A DNA stretch of 64,000 nt from Dendrobates tinctorius (GCF_039654945.1 NW_027361688.1:248001-312000), one strand, 5' to 3'; shown: positions 13,033-27,029, counted from the stretch's first letter. Made by a program: numbers and translations. The notes: a model not told the origin generated them from the sequence alone.

Positions 13033-13535
13033 AGAGTTGTAATGTCTCCTCTGAACTGCACCTAAACTACAGTAAATGATAAAGTGACTTTCCTTGTCTC
13101 CTGCCTTATTACTCCGTGCCTTCTATTTCCGTGCCTTCTATTTCCATCACAATCTCTGGGGGCCAGCCCTGGTTGGAGAGGGTTAAACATCTGCACTGCC
13201 ATCACCATCTACTCCCCCAGGGATCATCTACAGTGCCGGCTATACTACAGTCGAACACTCCAACTGGCGTCACGAATCACTATATAAACTTTATTCCCAT
13301 TCAATTCTACCCCTTTTACATGACTGCCTGGGGCCATGGACCGGGTCACTGCCACTGTGACACATCCCTTTAAGACGACCGTCCCGGTACCGTGTATCCC
13401 ACGGCCCCTGGGGCGCGTCACTTGCAGCATGAAAATACAACCGGGAGGACAGGTTCAGCTGCTCCCTTTCTGATAAAAGTGGATCACACACACAGTGTGT
13501 TTGCTGGAGAATTCTACTTCCTTCTGCTGTCCGCG

Positions 13536-15146
13536 ATGGCGTCTGCAGGTCTAAGAAAGGAGCTGGAATGTTCCATCTGTCTGACCCTGTATACAGATCC
13601 CGTAACCCTGAGATGTGGACACAACTTCTGCCGGGACTGTATTGATCAGGTCCTGAATACACAGGACGAGTTTGGAGAATATTCCTGTCCTGAATGTAGA
13701 GAAAAGTTTCAAGAGCGACCGACACTGAAGAAGAACATAACTCTGTGTAATGTAGTGGAAAACTTCCTGTCTACACAGCCACATCAGGAGGAGATCACCG
13801 GGATCTGCTGCACTTACTGTATGGACTCTCCTGTACCTGCTGTTAGATCCTGTCTACACTGTGAGGCTTCTCTGTGTGATAATCACCTGAGAATTCACAA
13901 CAAAGGAGCAGAACATGTCCTCACTGATACCAGCACTTCTCTGGAGACCAGGAAATGTTCTGTCCATAAGAAGATCCTGGAATATTACTGCACTGAGGAC
14001 GCTGCTTGTATCTGTGTTTATTGTTCAGCAGGAGAACATCGAGGACACAAGGTTGAGACCCTGGATGAGGCCTCTGAGAAGAAGAAGACAACACTGAGAA
14101 ATGTTCTGCAGAATCTGATAACAAAGAAGGAGAAGACTGAGGAAAAAGCCCTGAGTCTGGAGGAGAACTTTAGAAAAACCAAAGAAAATGTTAACGAGAG
14201 AGTCACTACCCTGTTTATAGACATAAGGAGCCAAGTAGATGACCTGGAGAAGAGGGCCCTGAGTCAACTCTCCAGGTGGGAAGAGCAGGTGTCACTGTCA
14301 CTGTCTGATGTGATCCAGAAGCTGGAAATAAGGAAGGACCAGCTGTCCAAGATGATTAAGGATATTGAGGAGCTGTGTAACATGACGGATCCACTGACTG
14401 TCTTACAGAAACCAGACAAGGGTGATGTCTATGGTTTCGGGGAGTGGAGAGGTAATGATGAGGGCTTTGGGGTAATCCATGGAGAAAATTGGGGAAAGGA
14501 GCTGATCTCACACATATCACAAACATTATCTGATATAATGACAGGTGTAAATCTGATCTTCTATGATCAGGATCCTACAGACATATTACTGGATGTAAAG
14601 ACAGCAAATGATAACATTAATATATCTGAAGACCTGACAGGTGTAGACTATACAGAGATTAAAAGGTTTCGTTATACTACAGATGAAAGATTCAGCTATC
14701 ATCCCCAGGTGCTAAGCAGCACTACATTTTCTTCAGGGCGACATTACTGGGATGTGGACATCGGTAGATCAGATTCATGGAGGGTGGGGATGTGTTACCC
14801 CAGCGTAAACAGAAGGGGATATCGGTCTCTCTTTGGACATTATGACTCCTGGTGTTTATCTGGAGGGAGCGAAGATTCTAACAGTACAGTGATGTATGAC
14901 GGTTGCACAAAACATTTACCTTACTGTATCTCCCGTGGTAGAGTCAGGATCTATCTGGACTATGAGGCCGGGCAGCTGTCCTTTTATGTCCTGGGTGACC
15001 CCATCAGACACTTACACACCTTCACTGCCACCTTCACCGAGCCTCTACATGCTGCGTTACATGTAAAGGAAGGTTCTATAAAGATATCAAATCAAAAAGC
15101 ATGGTCAAAAAAATCTGATTGGTACACAATATATTTCAGGAATTAA
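13536..15146 (+). CDS. TRIM-A: intronless TRIM E3 ubiquitin ligase (RING, B-box1, B-box2, coiled coil, PRY/SPRY; TRIM25/finTRIM-like), 536 aa
   Basis: MASAGLRKELECSIC...CGHNFC..C...CPEC RING; two B-boxes; FSSGRHYWDV and RIYLDYEAGQLSFY B30.2 motifs; start ATG in GCGATGG context, shared with both paralogs. Confidence 0.93.
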   Translation: MASAGLRKELECSICLTLYTDPVTLRCGHNFCRDCIDQVLNTQDEFGEYSCPECREKFQERPTLKKNITLCNVVENFLSTQPHQEEITGICCTYCMDSPVPAVRSCLHCEASLCDNHLRIHNKGAEHVLTDTSTSLETRKCSVHKKILEYYCTEDAACICVYCSAGEHRGHKVETLDEASEKKKTTLRNVLQNLITKKEKTEEKALSLEENFRKTKENVNERVTTLFIDIRSQVDDLEKRALSQLSRWEEQVSLSLSDVIQKLEIRKDQLSKMIKDIEELCNMTDPLTVLQKPDKGDVYGFGEWRGNDEGFGVIHGENWGKELISHISQTLSDIMTGVNLIFYDQDPTDILLDVKTANDNINISEDLTGVDYTEIKRFRYTTDERFSYHPQVLSSTTFSSGRHYWDVDIGRSDSWRVGMCYPSVNRRGYRSLFGHYDSWCLSGGSEDSNSTVMYDGCTKHLPYCISRGRVRIYLDYEAGQLSFYVLGDPIRHLHTFTATFTEPLHAALHVKEGSIKISNQKAWSKKSDWYTIYFRN

Positions 15147-15567
15147 TAGTGAGAGAAGTTAATGTTTTTCTGTTTTCTCTAGTTCAACACAAAAGATAAG
15201 GACATGATAAGGTGTAGGTGTAGTTATTGAGTTACATTAGGTCTGAGGCTTCCACCTTCATTTCCGCATTCATTCTCAAAGTTTCTGATATGAAGTTTAC
15301 AATCTGTTCCTAGTTTCAGACTCTTCATGTCCCTTTCAGTAATACAGGCTTAATGTGACGTCTTTATATGCAGGCTCCTGCTGTCATCACTAGCTCTCAT
15401 GGATCAGCACAGCTTCATTCCTGGAAATAACTAGAAAGGAGTGTATTGGTTTGTGCAGCATCTCCAGAATATGATTTTTTTTGCAATACTGCAAGATGAC
15501 GACCAGCTGACTGCCATTTTACTGAATTGCCGAGGGCCAGGAAACTGCTTAAAAAAATAATAGTTCC

Positions 15568-16143
15568 TGTCACGCACAGTGTAGTAAAGACTAAGTGCAA
15601 CACGAAAGGATGACGGGAAGGGTATCCAACACTAGGGAAGGGGGGTGAGTGGAGACCCCTAGCAGATTTAAAGTCACCTTGTCTGCCCTAAACGTCCCTA
15701 TATAGGTTCTGCACCTATCGTTAAGCAGGAACCTAATCCCTGCTTGACCCTGGCAATAAGCCCTACTTAAGGAACGACGGGGTGAGCACTAGTCGATACC
15801 CACTACCACTAAAAACAGGTGGGATAGACGAATACAGGGAACATTTATCTTGAGTAGACTCAGAGATGTAACACAGACGTCCTCCAGCAATACCAAATAG
15901 GAAGATAGCCGACTGCTATAGCTCCAAGCCTCAACAGGGGGAAATTAAAATATCACCGGTAACTCCCAGCAGCAGGCAGGGAGTCTATAAACACTCAGGT
16001 CCAGGTGTGTCAGAGCCGGAGAAAAGGTTGCCACTTGGTCAAAGAGTCTGAAGGGTTAAGAATATGTCTGTAAGGCCAAACACAGAGACCTTCTGCAGCT
16101 AGATGCAGTGTGACTGTCTGCATCCTCTGACACACCTGTGACT
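15568..16143. mobile_element. Solo LTR
   Basis: TGTCAC...GTGACT termini (last base mutated); imperfect 5-bp TSD GTTCC/TTTCC. Confidence 0.55.
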
Positions 16144-17107
16144 TTTCCTTATCAATTACGCATCCTGACAAAGCTGCAGCCCGACATTTTTTTCAGCCTT
16201 TCTTCATCGCGTTACATCCTCTTTGGCCTTCTTCCTTATTGTGTTCCTAGGCTTTCGGTGCTGACAAGGCCTCGAATGTCACGACACATGACGTTGCAAA
16301 GTGTGCAGTCATCTCATAAAGTTACGATCTGCATCTCCCAGGGCACTGGTTAGGCCTCAGTCGTTTCCCTTCCCAAGACATTGGCTAGGCTGTAGTTAAT
16401 ACATGTCATAATGTTATAGTGTGCACCGTTACGTCAGAGGTCTACTCTGTGCACAGTGGAAAAGGCTGAAGAGGAGGTCCCATGGTGGAAAAAGGCAGAA
16501 AGAAGGGACTGGATGGCAGGGAGGGCCAGATGTTCAGCTCTGGCTGGACGGGTGAGTTGTGATGATAATATTAACTTTTTTTTATTCACACCCAACTTTT
16601 CTTATGCTCTGTAGACTGGCGAGACCTCAGAACATAATAAGGAACATTCAATTAATATTGACTAACGTTGATGCAAATTAACTTTCCTACCAAATGTGAG
16701 AAGACGCCAAATTCTAATCTCTGATAATGAACCATAAAACAAATAATAATACATGGTGTCCACATAGATTTAATGCTGATCTGATGTATGCCTTTAAAGC
16801 CAGTCTTCAGCTTTTCTTTCAGGTATATAGGGTTGCATAAACTAAAGTATAATGTGGAGAATTTTGCCTATGTCTGTTTTTGCTGATATACGATATAAGT
16901 TATCTTCCTTTTTTGGTTCAATGTTCCCCTCAGATATGGCTCCTTTATTGCTGCTTGCATTTCCTATGATGCCTCTGCTGATGGCTGCCCTTCTTCTGAT
17001 CTGAGTCCTATATAAGAACAGTGATAGATCAGTGGCACAAAAATTCTCTTCACTCACACTGCAGAGTCTCAGTTTAGCCCAAGGTATACAGCTTGAACCT
17101 GTTTCCC

Positions 17108-17202
17108 CGCCTCCTGCTTGTAATAAGAGTCTCTCTGGCAGAGCTGAATAGTGTCCGCCTCCTGCTTGTAATAAGAGTCTCTCTGGCAGAGCTGAATAGT
17201 GT
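17108..17202. repeat. 48-bp tandem duplication
   Basis: CGCCTCCTGCTTGTAATAAGAGTCTCTCTGGCAGAGCTGAATAGTGT present twice. Confidence 0.9.
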
Positions 17203-18661
17203 GTGGCTACATCTTATAGATATGCAACTAATAGTTCTATACATTCACCCACTATATCACTAAATTTCAGAAGCACTATATGCAATGAATATATACAAAC
17301 ACCGAGAAGGCAAAACTTTAGACATTTAAGCCTCGCCATCAAGGTCCCCAAAATTAAGAAGTTTGGATGAGGCTTTGCAAAGACTCAATCTTTTTGAGGT
17401 ACATTTCACGGAACTGACTGGTAATATTGGTACGGTCAGTAAATTTTGCATTTCGCAGACATACAAAGAAGTAAAAAGAGTAGAGAGCTTGGTGAGAAAA
17501 TGAGAGTTAAACTGACACCCCCACAGTGGAACATGTACTAAACTGGTGGTTAGACTGTGGTTACACCACGTAATTGCTCATAATATGAGGGTGCAAAATG
17601 TATGGCTATAAATGAGCTGAGAAGACGCAGATTACACTGATAGATTACACTGGCCTACAAAATTTTACTTTTTTGTGTTAAATTCATGAAATAGGGCGTT
17701 TCTTATGGTAATTTGTCCCCTGAATCGCTGCACTTTTTATTGTTTTTTTTTTCCTCTTGGCATTCCGAGAGCCATAACTATTTTTCTGTAAGTTATTGTG
17801 AGATCATTTGTATTTTACAATATTCTTAGAGAATTTACATTATTCCGGATTTTTTTTTTGTAATACTCTGATGGAAAAAAGCACGTTCGGCAATTTATGA
17901 GGTTTCGTGTCTATACCATTCACTGTGTGCTGTAAATGACAGTATATCATTATTCGGCAGGTCGTGATTATGGTGATACCATGGATTTATACATAGTTTG
18001 TGGTGGTGGTGGTGGGAGTTATTGCTAATTACAATTTTGTTCTATTGTTTTGTGCTTTTGTGTTAATGTACAATGAAGTATTAGTAAGAAAGATTCGGGC
18101 CAAGGTCGATTATTTATAAATCAACAGGAACATAATGTTGAAAGCTGTGTATGTGTCCCCTGCATTGTAGAATCACCATTATACAATGTGGTCCTGTTTG
18201 TGATATAATGGGGCACAGCGATAACTTGATAAAAAGCTAGTGCGGGAACATTGCCAGAATTCACCTTGTCTGTGATTGTCTAACAAGACCTGGAAATGTC
18301 ACCAGAACTCACCAGTTATTATGTAATTGTGTGATTTACCATTACAGATCAATGATTGATTTATTGTTATTTTGATTTATATGCCATAAAAAAATGACAA
18401 TAAAACACGGCGTCTGTATGTTCTGATGAGTGTAAAGTGGAGCTGACACAAAGGGAATCAGGTCTTATGTCTTTCTAAATAACAGCCACTGTACAAATAC
18501 ATTTTTTACAACTTTCTTTGCTTTTGTCAAGATCTCCGCTACCTTCAGATGTCAGTGTGTCTGGTACGTGTGGTGACAATTTTCACACGTGTCAAAGACA
18601 CTTAAGGCCCCATTACACACAACAATATTGTGAATGATATTGTTTCAACGTCACCAGTTTA

Positions 18662-19324
<663 letters not shown>

Positions 19325-20269
19325 CTAGTAATTCAGCACTTTAGCTTAAGATATTTGCACAGATTGAATTATCTATAGGCACATTGCACTTTATATTAAT
19401 AGGGTGTACTTTTTCTGGTTTAATTTATTTTTGTTGTAACTTTGAAATTTTTTTTTTTTTTTACTCTTATTATAGATACCCTGTAAGTCGGTTTATACTG
19501 CTATATGAGCACACTGTGTACTCTAAATTTATGTCCTTAATGAACTGTTTTTATAATCGGCACCCGATGTGTAATTAGCATTTAGCACTACAGCACTTTA
19601 TTTGTCTATTGTTTTCAGAGTCTGGTCCATTTATTAGCATATTGCACTTTCTTTAAAATGGTGGCTAGTTTATGTCTAAGGTTTTATGTGAGCTGACTTA
19701 TTTGGTTCTTTTTCTGTCCACAATATTATATTGTTCCGGATAAACACTGTGTTCCTGTTCATATTGGTGTCCGGCAGTCTTGTATTAATTTATAATTTTT
19801 GATGGAATAATAAAATTGATTGACTGTAGAAGTCAGGGGAAGATCCAAGACATTAGGCCTGGCTGTAAATCTTGAGATGAAGAGAAAGGATGAACCTCCA
19901 GGCTTGGAGCCTGGAGGGGGTCAGGAGACCCCTCACATGATGACTGCTCAGGGTCACATCTTGAACCAGACTCCTCAGTGAACCTTCCAGAACCCTGTCT
20001 TGTCTCCACAGAGACTGGAGGTAGTTCCTCCCATTGAGCCTTGGTGACAGGGTCACCAACCAATAGGATAACTCTCAATTCTTGTGTCAGACTTCACATT
20101 GTGAGAATAATATATAAATCATGAATGTATGAGATTAGTGAGTAATGGATTCATTTACACCATATAACAGTAAAATGATAACTTAGGGGTGAGTTGAGGT
20201 GTACAAAAGCTACTCACGGTCCAGGGTTACTTAAAGAGGCATACCCAGTCTGGACTGGGTCACCACACT

Positions 20270-23200
20270 CATCTCTTGGCAGCACAGACTTGGCCCTATC
20301 TTGGATTGCGTCATACCTTACAGACCGGTCATTCAGCGTCTCGCACTCACACACCACCTCCTCACCGCGCCCCCTATCTGTCGGAGTCCCACAAGGTTCA
20401 GTCCTTGGGCCCCTGCTGTTCTCTATTTACACCTTTGGCCTGGGACAGCTCATAGAAGCTCATGGCTTTCAGTATAACCTCTATGCTGATGGCACACAGA
20501 TCTACATCTCTGGACCAGATACCACCTCCCTACTAACCAGAATCCCTCAATGTCTGTCCACTATTTCATCCTTCTTCTCCGCTAGATTTCTGAAACTTAA
20601 TATGGATAAAACAGAATTCTTCATCTTTCTCCCATCTCACTCGACCCCCCTCAAAAGACCTATCCATTAAAGTAAATGGCTGCTCACTCTCCCCATTCCC
20701 ACAAGCTTGCTCCCTCGGAGTAACCCTGGACTCTGATCTCTCCTTCAAACCACAAATCCAAGCCCTCTACACCTCCTGCCGACTCCAACTCAAAATATTT
20801 CGGATCTGCACATTCCTCAACCAACAATCTGCAAAAACACTAGTGTATGCCCTCATCATCTTCCACCTTGACTACTGCAACCTCCTGCTCTGAGGCCTCC
20901 CCTCTAACACTCTCGCACCCCTGCAATCTATTCTAAACTCTGCTGTCAGACTAATCCACAATCCGCTATTCCCCGGCCTCTCCCTTCTGTCAATCCCTGC
21001 ATTGTGTGACAAGTGTTAGCTTACGCTGAGTCGTTCTTCTTAGAAAGAGTGGACCCTCTGGACCGTGGCACCCACCCACCTAGGGCGAGCTGACCTAGTG
21101 AGAACCCACCCCCTGTACAGGGAGTGTCAGGGGCAAGACCAAGGGGGCGAGCCACCACGGCAGCTGGACCAGACGGCCGGCTCAAGGAGACACTATTGAG
21201 TGTCTGTCAACAAGACGGACTGGATACCAAACAAAGTGAAGTCACACAGTTTCTTCCTCAAACGTGGATTCACACTTTATTCAGGTGCAAGGCATAACAG
21301 GGAATCAGGTGCAGGGCACAAACAGTGAAACACGGCAGGATACGTGCAAGGGCACGCCAAATGTTCCAGGCATAACACGTGCATGAAAACATACCAGGGT
21401 CCAGGACAGGATACGTGATAGGGATCACACAAGAGTTCCTAGAAGGAATGCTTGCTAGGACACGCCAGGATCCAAGACGGGGTGCGATGGCATCGGACTC
21501 CGGACTACTGGCAACGACCGACAGGGTCCAGGCATCAGGCTGCGGACATCAGCTCTGGACATCAGGCCGCAGTCATCTGGTTCCGGACCTCTGGCAACGG
21601 TCGGCAGGTTACGGGAATCCGGCAGGCAAACCAGGTTTCAGGCAAGGAGGCAAGACAGATCTCCAGGCTTGGTGCATGTTAGGGAACATGCCGAGGTCCA
21701 AGGCTAGGTGCGAGACAAAGGTGCGTGTGTAGGGGACACGCCAAGGCACAAGACAGAGTGCGTGTGTAGAGACACGCCAAGGCACGAGACAGAGTGCGTG
21801 TGTAGAGACACGCCAAGGCACAAGGTACGAGATAGAGTCCTGAGCGTGCAAAGGGGCACACCAGGGTCCAGGCGAGACAGAGGCCTGCGCGTGCAGAGAG
21901 GCACGCCAGGGACAGCGTTCAAGGACCAGGTTAGGACCTGTGCGTGCAAGAGGGCACGACAGGGTACATGGCCAAACCTGCGCGTACTATAATAGAAGCA
22001 CGGGGAGGTATGCCATGAGCAGGCAAGGGCCTGCGCGTGCTTTAGAGAGCACGCAGAGCACAGTGCGGAAACAGCGTGAGGTGCAAGAGAGCACAGAGAG
22101 CACGGCTGGGGCACTGGCTAGCTGATCGGGCTGCGGCACTGACAGACGGGCAAGACTCCAGCGAACCCGGCTGAGGCATGGCAGGCGACACAGCTGTCAC
22201 TGACCGACGAGCACGGCTGAGGCACAAGCAGGCGGGCACGCTAGGGCGGGCACGGCTGAGGCACAGACAGGAGGCTAGGAAGGCCAGGAGCATGCAAGAG
22301 CATACGAAGAAACAGAGCAAGGGAAGACAAGACGAGAAACAAGGCAGAGCTTATGCAGAGTAAAGAACCAGGAACGGAAGCAAAGGCAGAAACACGGAAT
22401 CAGATCAGAGCAAGAACAGAGCTAGCAGCGGAGCGTAGGCCGAAGCCCAGAGCCGGGCCAAGGGAGAACCTTGGGACTAGACATGGAAAAGAGCACAAGA
22501 GGAAAGAGAGAAGGAATGGTGCGTGTGCCAGGGAGCACTACAGAGCACCATAGGAGAGAGAGAGAGGCAGAGCAAGCAAAGGCAGAGACCATAGGGAGGA
22601 ACAAGGCAGAGAATAACAGAAGGACTACAAGTCCAAGCAGGACAAGGACGAACATGGCACAACGGACAAACATAAGACAAGGCACGGGACAAGAGATGGA
22701 GTACGAGCACGGAGCGTGTGCAGAGATGCACAACAGGGCAGAGTGCAAGGGCACAGAATAGAGGGAGCACCCCACAGACCAAGCAGCCATGCAGGGACAC
22801 TACACAATACTCAGCCCCTGAGCAAAGGAAGGGGCGGCCTGATATAGGGCATAGCACCTCCTCTTCCAGGTCAGGACCAGGGGAGCACTTCCGGGTTCAG
22901 ATCCACAGGATAACAGAGCACAGTCACATGATCAGAGTTCCAGACACGACGAGACGACTGCAGATCCAGTGCTGAAACCTAGACAGGTCACATGATCATA
23001 GTTCCAGACATGACGAGATGATTACCGAACCAGACAGTGCAGGATCTTTAGGAAACGTCACATGATAAGCGTTCCAGACATGACGAGATGATTGCAGAAC
23101 CAGACAGTGCAGGATCCAGGCAGGGACACATGATCAGGGACTCCTAGACATGATGAGAAGATCACAGAAGGCAGAGCAGAAACGCAGGCATCCTGTAGCT

Positions 23201-23856
23201 CAGACATGAGGTGAGTGTGCACACTGCTCTAGTGAACATGCAGGACAGCAGACAAGATATGCACATCGCTCCAGGAGTTCTTGAGACAAAACAGACATGG
23301 CGGACATGACACACTGGCTCCCCATTACCCAGAGACTCCAGTTCAAAACCCTAACCATGACATACAAAGCCATCCACAACCTGTCTCCTCCATACATCTG
23401 TGACCTCGTCTCCTGGTACTTGCCTGCATGCAACCAAAAGATCTCCTTCTCTATTCCCCTCTTATCTCCTCTTCCCACAATCGCATACAAGATTTCTCCC
23501 ACGCATCCCTCATTCTCTGGAACTCTCTACCACAACATATCAGACTCTCACCTACCATGAAAACCTTCAAAAAGAGCCTGAAGACCGACCTCTTCCGACA
23601 AGCCTACAACTTGCAGTAGCCACCGATCCACCAAACCGCTGCACGACCAGCTCTACCCTCGCCTACTGTATCCTCACCCATCCCTTGTAGATTGTGAGCC
23701 CTCGCGGGCAGGGTCCTCGCTCCTCCTGGACCAGTCGTGACTTGTATTGCTTAAGATTATTGTACTTGTTTTTCATTATGTATACCCCTCCTCACATGTA
23801 AAGTGCCATGGAATTAATGGCGCTATAATAATAAATAATAATAATAATAATAATAA
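20270..23856 (+). mobile_element. 5'-truncated L2 (CR1-group) LINE, split by an insertion at 21005-23311
   Basis: RT motifs [10 protein letters not shown] and LYADG; LHWLP resumes at 23312; 3' UTR and (TAA)n tail at ~23826-23856. Confidence 0.9.
21005..23311. mobile_element. Large solo-LTR-like insertion (2.3 kb) with internal repeats
   Basis: TGTGAC...ATGACA termini; 5-bp TSD CATTG/CACTG interrupts the L2 sequence CCCTGCACTGGCT. Confidence 0.7.
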
Positions 23857-24371
23857 GAAAAATATACAAAAAGCATGAGAGGAGCTAACTATAAATGTAT
23901 TTTCAAAAATTCCCAATGTGGATGTAACTGATGACACTACATGGTAAGGTCCCCGGCATACTGCCTTGTGTTCAGCTTTTTAGCCATTTTTTAACCTTTG
24001 TTGTTAATAAAATTGCTCTTTTTTTCATTCATTAGGTGACACTGTCTTGTACATGGCGCCCTTTTTCTCCATTTGTTGTTCCTCTATAGATCCTGATAAG
24101 AGTTGGTCTGTTTCGTCACCCTCCCCTCTCACCTCCTGCAGAGAAGGATAAAGCTGCTGCCCCTAATCACTCCCCCTGACAGGACATCCCAGCCCCCTCT
24201 CAGGATTCCCTCAGGTGTCATTTACTCTCCAAACTGGTGTGAAAATCTTCAGTCTTCATTATTGAGCTGTTGTTTCCTGTCAGGGGGCAGAGGGGGCAAA
24301 GCCGGCCTTGTCCTCCTCTGCAGGGTGTGAGGGGTCACCAGGACGCGGTGCTCATCAGGATTTATAGCTGA

Positions 24372-26801
24372 AAAATAATAATAATAATTTTATTTTTATA
24401 GCGCCGACATATTCCGCAGCACTTTACATTTCAGAGGGGATTTGTACAGACGATAGACATTACAGCATAACAATAATCACATAGATCATAACAGATACCA
24501 AGAGGAATGAGGGCCCTGCTCGCAAGCTTACAGTCTATGAGGAAAGAGGGAGACACGAAAGGTGGGTGGTAGCAGTTGCCCTGATTGTATGGACCAGCCA
24601 TAATGTTAAGTGTGTAACAGTACAGACACAGAGGGCTAATGGTTGCATAAAGCATGTGGGAACATGATGCGGGGAACCTGGTTATGATAAAACTTTTGGC
24701 TGTGCCACAAAGGGATAGATTAGGTTAATGTGTTGAGGCGGTAGGCCAGTCTGAATAAATGCGTTTTCAGGGCACGCTTAAAATTGTGGGGATTGGGGAC
24801 TAATTGTATTGACCTGGGAAGTGCATTCCAAAGAATTGGTGCAGCATGTGTAAAGTCTTGGAGACGGGAGTGGGAGGTTCTGATTATTGAGGATGCTAAC
24901 CTCAGGTCATCAGCAGAACGGAGGGCGCGGGTAGGGTGGTATACTGAAACAAGGGAGGAGATGTAGGGTGGTGTTGAGCCATGGAGAGCTTTGTGGGTGA
25001 GGGTAATAAGTTTGTACTGGATTCTGGAGTGGATGGGTAACCAGTGTAATGACTGGCACAAGGTAGAGGTATTGGTGTAACGATTGGTGAGGAATATGAT
25101 CCTGGCTGCAGCATTCAAGATAGATTGGTGAGGGGAGAGTTTGGTAAGAGGGAGACTGATTAGAAGAGAGTTACAATAGTCCAGACAAGAATGAATAAGA
25201 GAAACAGTAAGAGTTTTTGCAGAGTTGAAAGTAAGAAAGGGTCGAATTCTAGAAATGTTTTTGAGGTGCAGATAACAAGAGCGAGCCAGTGATCGAATGT
25301 GGGGGGCAAAGGAAAGCTCGGAGTCAAGTATGACCCTAAGACAGCGGCCATGTTGCTGGGGAGTAATGGTGGAACAACACACGGAAATGGCAATGTCGGG
25401 CATAGGTAGGTCAGTAGAGGGAGGAAACATGAGGAGTTCAGTTTTTGACAGGTCCAGGTTCAGTTATAGTGAGCACATGATGTTAGACACAGCGGTAAGA
25501 AAATCACTGGTGTTTTCAAAAAAGGCAGGCGTGATGTCAGGAGAAGAAGCGTATAATCGGGTGTCATCAGCATAGAGATGGTACTGGAAACCAAATCTAC
25601 TGATTGTTTGACCAATAGGGGCAGTGTACATAGAGAAGAGGAGGAGGCCTAGAACTGATCCTTGAGGAACCCCAACAGTAAGGCTGCGTTCACACGTCGT
25701 GTTTTTTTTCACGGTGGTTTTTAACGCGCGTTTTTGCCGCAAAAACGCAAAAAAAAATTCCATGGATTGCTATGGGATTCCCCAATGCTGTGCTAATGCT
25801 GTGGATTTTCCGGCAGCGGAATCGCATCGCGGAAAAACACGCCCACATAGGAATGCATTGCTCTGCTTACTTTCCGCATGTGGCTGTGCACACCATGCGA
25901 AAAGTAAGCAGAACATTTGTGGATGGTACCCATGGTCACGAGGAGACTGTCCTCCAGGCTCTGGGTACCATATCCCTATAAAAAATAGAATTAATAGAAA
26001 AAATCGGGTTATATTCACCTTCCAGCATCCCGCGCAGCCTTCCCGGGTCTCAGCGATGCTCCCGTTCCCAGTAATGCCTTGCGAGACCTTTGATGACGTC
26101 GCGGTCTCACGATGCTGTAGCGATTTCGCGAGGAATAGGGACCGCTACAGCATCGCGAGACCGCGACGTCATCAAAGGTCTCGCAAGGCATTACTGGGAA
26201 CAGGAGCATCGCTGAGGCCCGGGAAGGCTGCGCGGGACGCCGGAAGGTGAATATAACCCGATTTTTTACATTTTTTTAAATTATTTTTAACATTAGATCT
26301 TTTTACTTCTCATGCTGCATAGGCGGCCTCATTAGTAAAAAGTTGGTCACACTCGTCAAGCACTATGTTTGATGAGTGTGACCAACCTGTCAATCAGTTC
26401 TCCAAGCAATGCTACAGATCGCTTGGAAAGCGTTAGCATTCTGCAAGCTAATTACACTTGTAAAACTCTAGTTTTTCCGTGGGAAAATCGCGAGAATTTA
26501 AAATGTGATTTTCCCACGGAATGGAATTCCAGAATTCTCGCGGTAACTTCCGCGGGAGTTCCGCAACGTGTGCACATAGCCTGAGGGGAAGATGAGAGGA
26601 GGAGGAGACAGCAAAAGATACAGTGAAGGAGCGGTCAGAGAGATAGGAGGAGAACCAGGAGAGAACGGTGTCTTTGAGGCTGATGGAGCGGAGCATAGTG
26701 AGGAGGAGCTGATGATCCACCGTGTCGAATGCTGCGGAGAGATCCAAGAGAAGTAGCATGGAGTAGTGACCATTAGATTTAGCTGTTAGTAGATCATTAG
26801 A
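24372..26801 (-). mobile_element. 5'-truncated L2 LINE, split by a MITE
   Basis: [25 protein letters not shown] and LHWLP motifs; (AAT)n tail at ~24374-24388; same family as 59622-61371. Confidence 0.92.
25682..26581. mobile_element. PIF/Harbinger-type non-autonomous element (900 bp) with a long internal hairpin
   Basis: TIRs GGCTGCGTTCACACG / CGTGTGCACATAGCC; TSD TAA/TGA within L2; ~125-bp stem at 25998-26267. Confidence 0.8.
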
Positions 26802-27029
26802 TGGCAAAGGCCATCCTAGTGATGTGCGCAGTTTGGAGGAAAAGGAGGTAGCAAAAGAGCTCCTTGGTGTGGCATTTCTTCAGGCAATGTGCTGCTGACA
26901 ACAAGCAACAGGTGGTTTTCATGCTGTGCCACCAGAGCCTGAAGTGAGGCATAAATCTTCTGAACCTGAGCACCACCTGTATGACAAGGCATCTGAATTC
27001 CAAGCACGAGGCGCAGTGGAGTCCACACC

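Larger units (their letters stand above)
10281..13420. mobile_element. Solo LTR (~1.0 kb core) interrupted by a nested LTR element
   Basis: Termini TGTGGCGCCC...GGGCGCGTCA; 4-bp TSD CTTG at 10277-10280 and 13421-13424; ends ~115 bp before the TRIM-A ATG. Confidence 0.8.

Noticed and set aside
13392-13535. N-terminal extensions of the TRIM ORFs (also 27846-27896)
   Set aside because: They start at GTG/TTG (the first inside an LTR) and are not conserved; the MASAG ATG is shared by all three genes
19833-20078. 81-aa minus-strand ORF in apparently unique sequence
   Set aside because: No recognisable domain or supporting exon structure
21379-22975. Many overlapping ORFs on both strands
   Set aside because: Low-complexity internal repeats of the LTR-like insertion, with no gag or pol motifs
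24330-24362. Minus-strand CTGATGAG plus CACC/GGTG stem resembling a hammerhead
   Set aside because: No GAAA box after the stem
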